This document shows positions 62,687 to 64,000 of a DNA stretch of 64,000 nucleotides, piece after piece. Positions within the stretch are counted from its first letter, which is position 1. Each line of letters starts with the position of its first letter. The position numbers were made by a program, and so were the translations under genes. Source of the DNA: the human T2T-CHM13v2.0 reference genome, Homo sapiens; the NCBI RefSeq assembly GCF_009914755.1, contig NC_060936.1; one strand, 5' to 3'. The notes beneath the pieces were generated by a model. The model did no database searches. It was not told the origin of the DNA and saw only the letters and a list, made by a program, of their open reading frames with translations.

Positions 62687-63084
62687 TAAGAGTTTGTAAA
62701 TCCCAATTTTAAGGATTTAGAAAATTGTCATTTTAATAAGTCATCTATTGCTGCATAACAGACCACATTTAAAGATAATAGTTTAAAAATAAAAATTAAT
62801 TTATGTTATTTTATAGGGACAGGGTATTTCTCTGTTATCCAGGCTGGAGTGCAGTGGTTCAATCACAGCTCACTCCAGACTCTAACTCATGGCCTCAAGT
62901 GATCATCCCACCTCAGCCTTCCAAGTAGCTGGGAACTACAGGGATGCCACTATGCCTGGCTAATTTTTGTTACTTTTGTAGGGACAGGGTCTCACTATGT
63001 TGCCCAGGCTGGAACAACTGTTTTATTTGCTCATAAGTCTGTGGGTCTGGGACTCTGGCTGAGCTCAGAGGGGCAGTTCTGTAT

Positions 63085-63447
63085 TGATATGGTTTGGCTG
63101 TGTCCCCACCTAAATCTCATCTTGAATTGTAACTCTCATAATTCCCACAGGTTGTGGGAGGGACCCAGTGGGAGATAACTGAATCATGGGGGCGGTTTCC
63201 CCTGTACTGTTCTTGTGGTAGTGAATAAGTCTCACAAGATCTGATGGTTTTATAAGGGGAAACCCCTTTTGCTTGGTTCTCATTCTCTCTCTTGCCTGCA
63301 GCCATATAAGATGTGCCTTTGCTCCTCCTTGCCTTCCACCATGATTGTGAGTCCATGTGGAACTGTGAGTCCCTTAAACCTCTTTCCTTTATGAATTACC
63401 CAGTCTCTAGTATGTCTTTATCAGCAGTATGAGAACAGACTAATACA
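63085..63447 (+). mobile_element. THE1 solo LTR nested in an old MLT1 LTR (~62735-63990)
   Basis: Termini TGATATGGTTTGGCTGTGTCCCC...GACTAATACA; flanking 5-mers tgtat/tgtgt. Confidence 0.9.
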
Positions 63448-64000
63448 TGTGTTCCACGTGGTGTCAGCTCTAGTGGCTTCCTGTGGGGCTGGCAGATCCA
63501 AGATGGCCTCACACGGCTGTCACTTCAGCTGAATTGGCTCCAACGACTGGGCACTGGTGAGGATAGCTGGGCTTCTTTTCCTGTGGAGTTGGCTGGACTT
63601 CCTCATGAGTGTGGGGCCTGGGTTCTGGCTGTTATCTGGGTTCCTCGGGTCCCCTTTACTTCACCTCTTTCCCCAGTAGGATGGCATGGGTGTTCTCACA
63701 GGGCAGACGGTATTCCCTAGAGTTACAGTAGAAACTTCCAGACCTCAGCTTGGAAGTCCCAGAACAGCAACAGCATTTTCACTGCAATCCATTAGCCAAA
63801 GCAAGTCAAAGGCCGGCCCAGATTCAAGGATTGAGGAAAAAGATTCCACTTCTTGAGAGAAAAAGCTGCACGCACCCACTGGGATAAAGGAATTGTTGGC
63901 GGCCATCTTTGCAGACCAATCTACCACAGTCACTTTCCCCCAATAAGACAGCAGCCATTCTATTAAAAAGTTGCTACCAATCAAAGGGGATGTTTATTAA

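Overview
Human (primate) genomic DNA, not a prokaryotic locus. The only supportable protein-coding feature is the first coding exon of KSR2 (kinase suppressor of Ras 2) on the minus strand: ATG at 31534, 60 codons, GT donor at 31354. Upstream of it lie a long GC-rich leader and a CpG-island promoter (~32050-32830). Positions 1-31354 are therefore the 5' part of KSR2 intron 1, and positions above ~33 kb are upstream flank. The rest is a dense mosaic of about 75 Alu elements or fragments (hand count), old L1/L2/MIR fragments, MaLR/ERVL LTRs, hAT and mariner MITEs, and microsatellites. Nearly all ORFs in the supplied track are Alu, L1 or low-complexity artefacts. I found no convincing new multi-gene system. 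The most interesting candidates are: (i) a uORF-rich KSR2 leader that includes a 54-aa AUG uORF reading a (CGG)3(CAG)7 repeat as R3Q7; (ii) a near-consensus AluYa5 that is likely recent; (iii) a tail-less L1 5'-end insert flanked by a direct repeat; (iv) an Alu-split Made1 hairpin; and (v) several local duplication or fold-back junctions. Repeat subfamily names come from recalled consensus sequences and boundaries are approximate; RepeatMasker/Dfam should confirm them.
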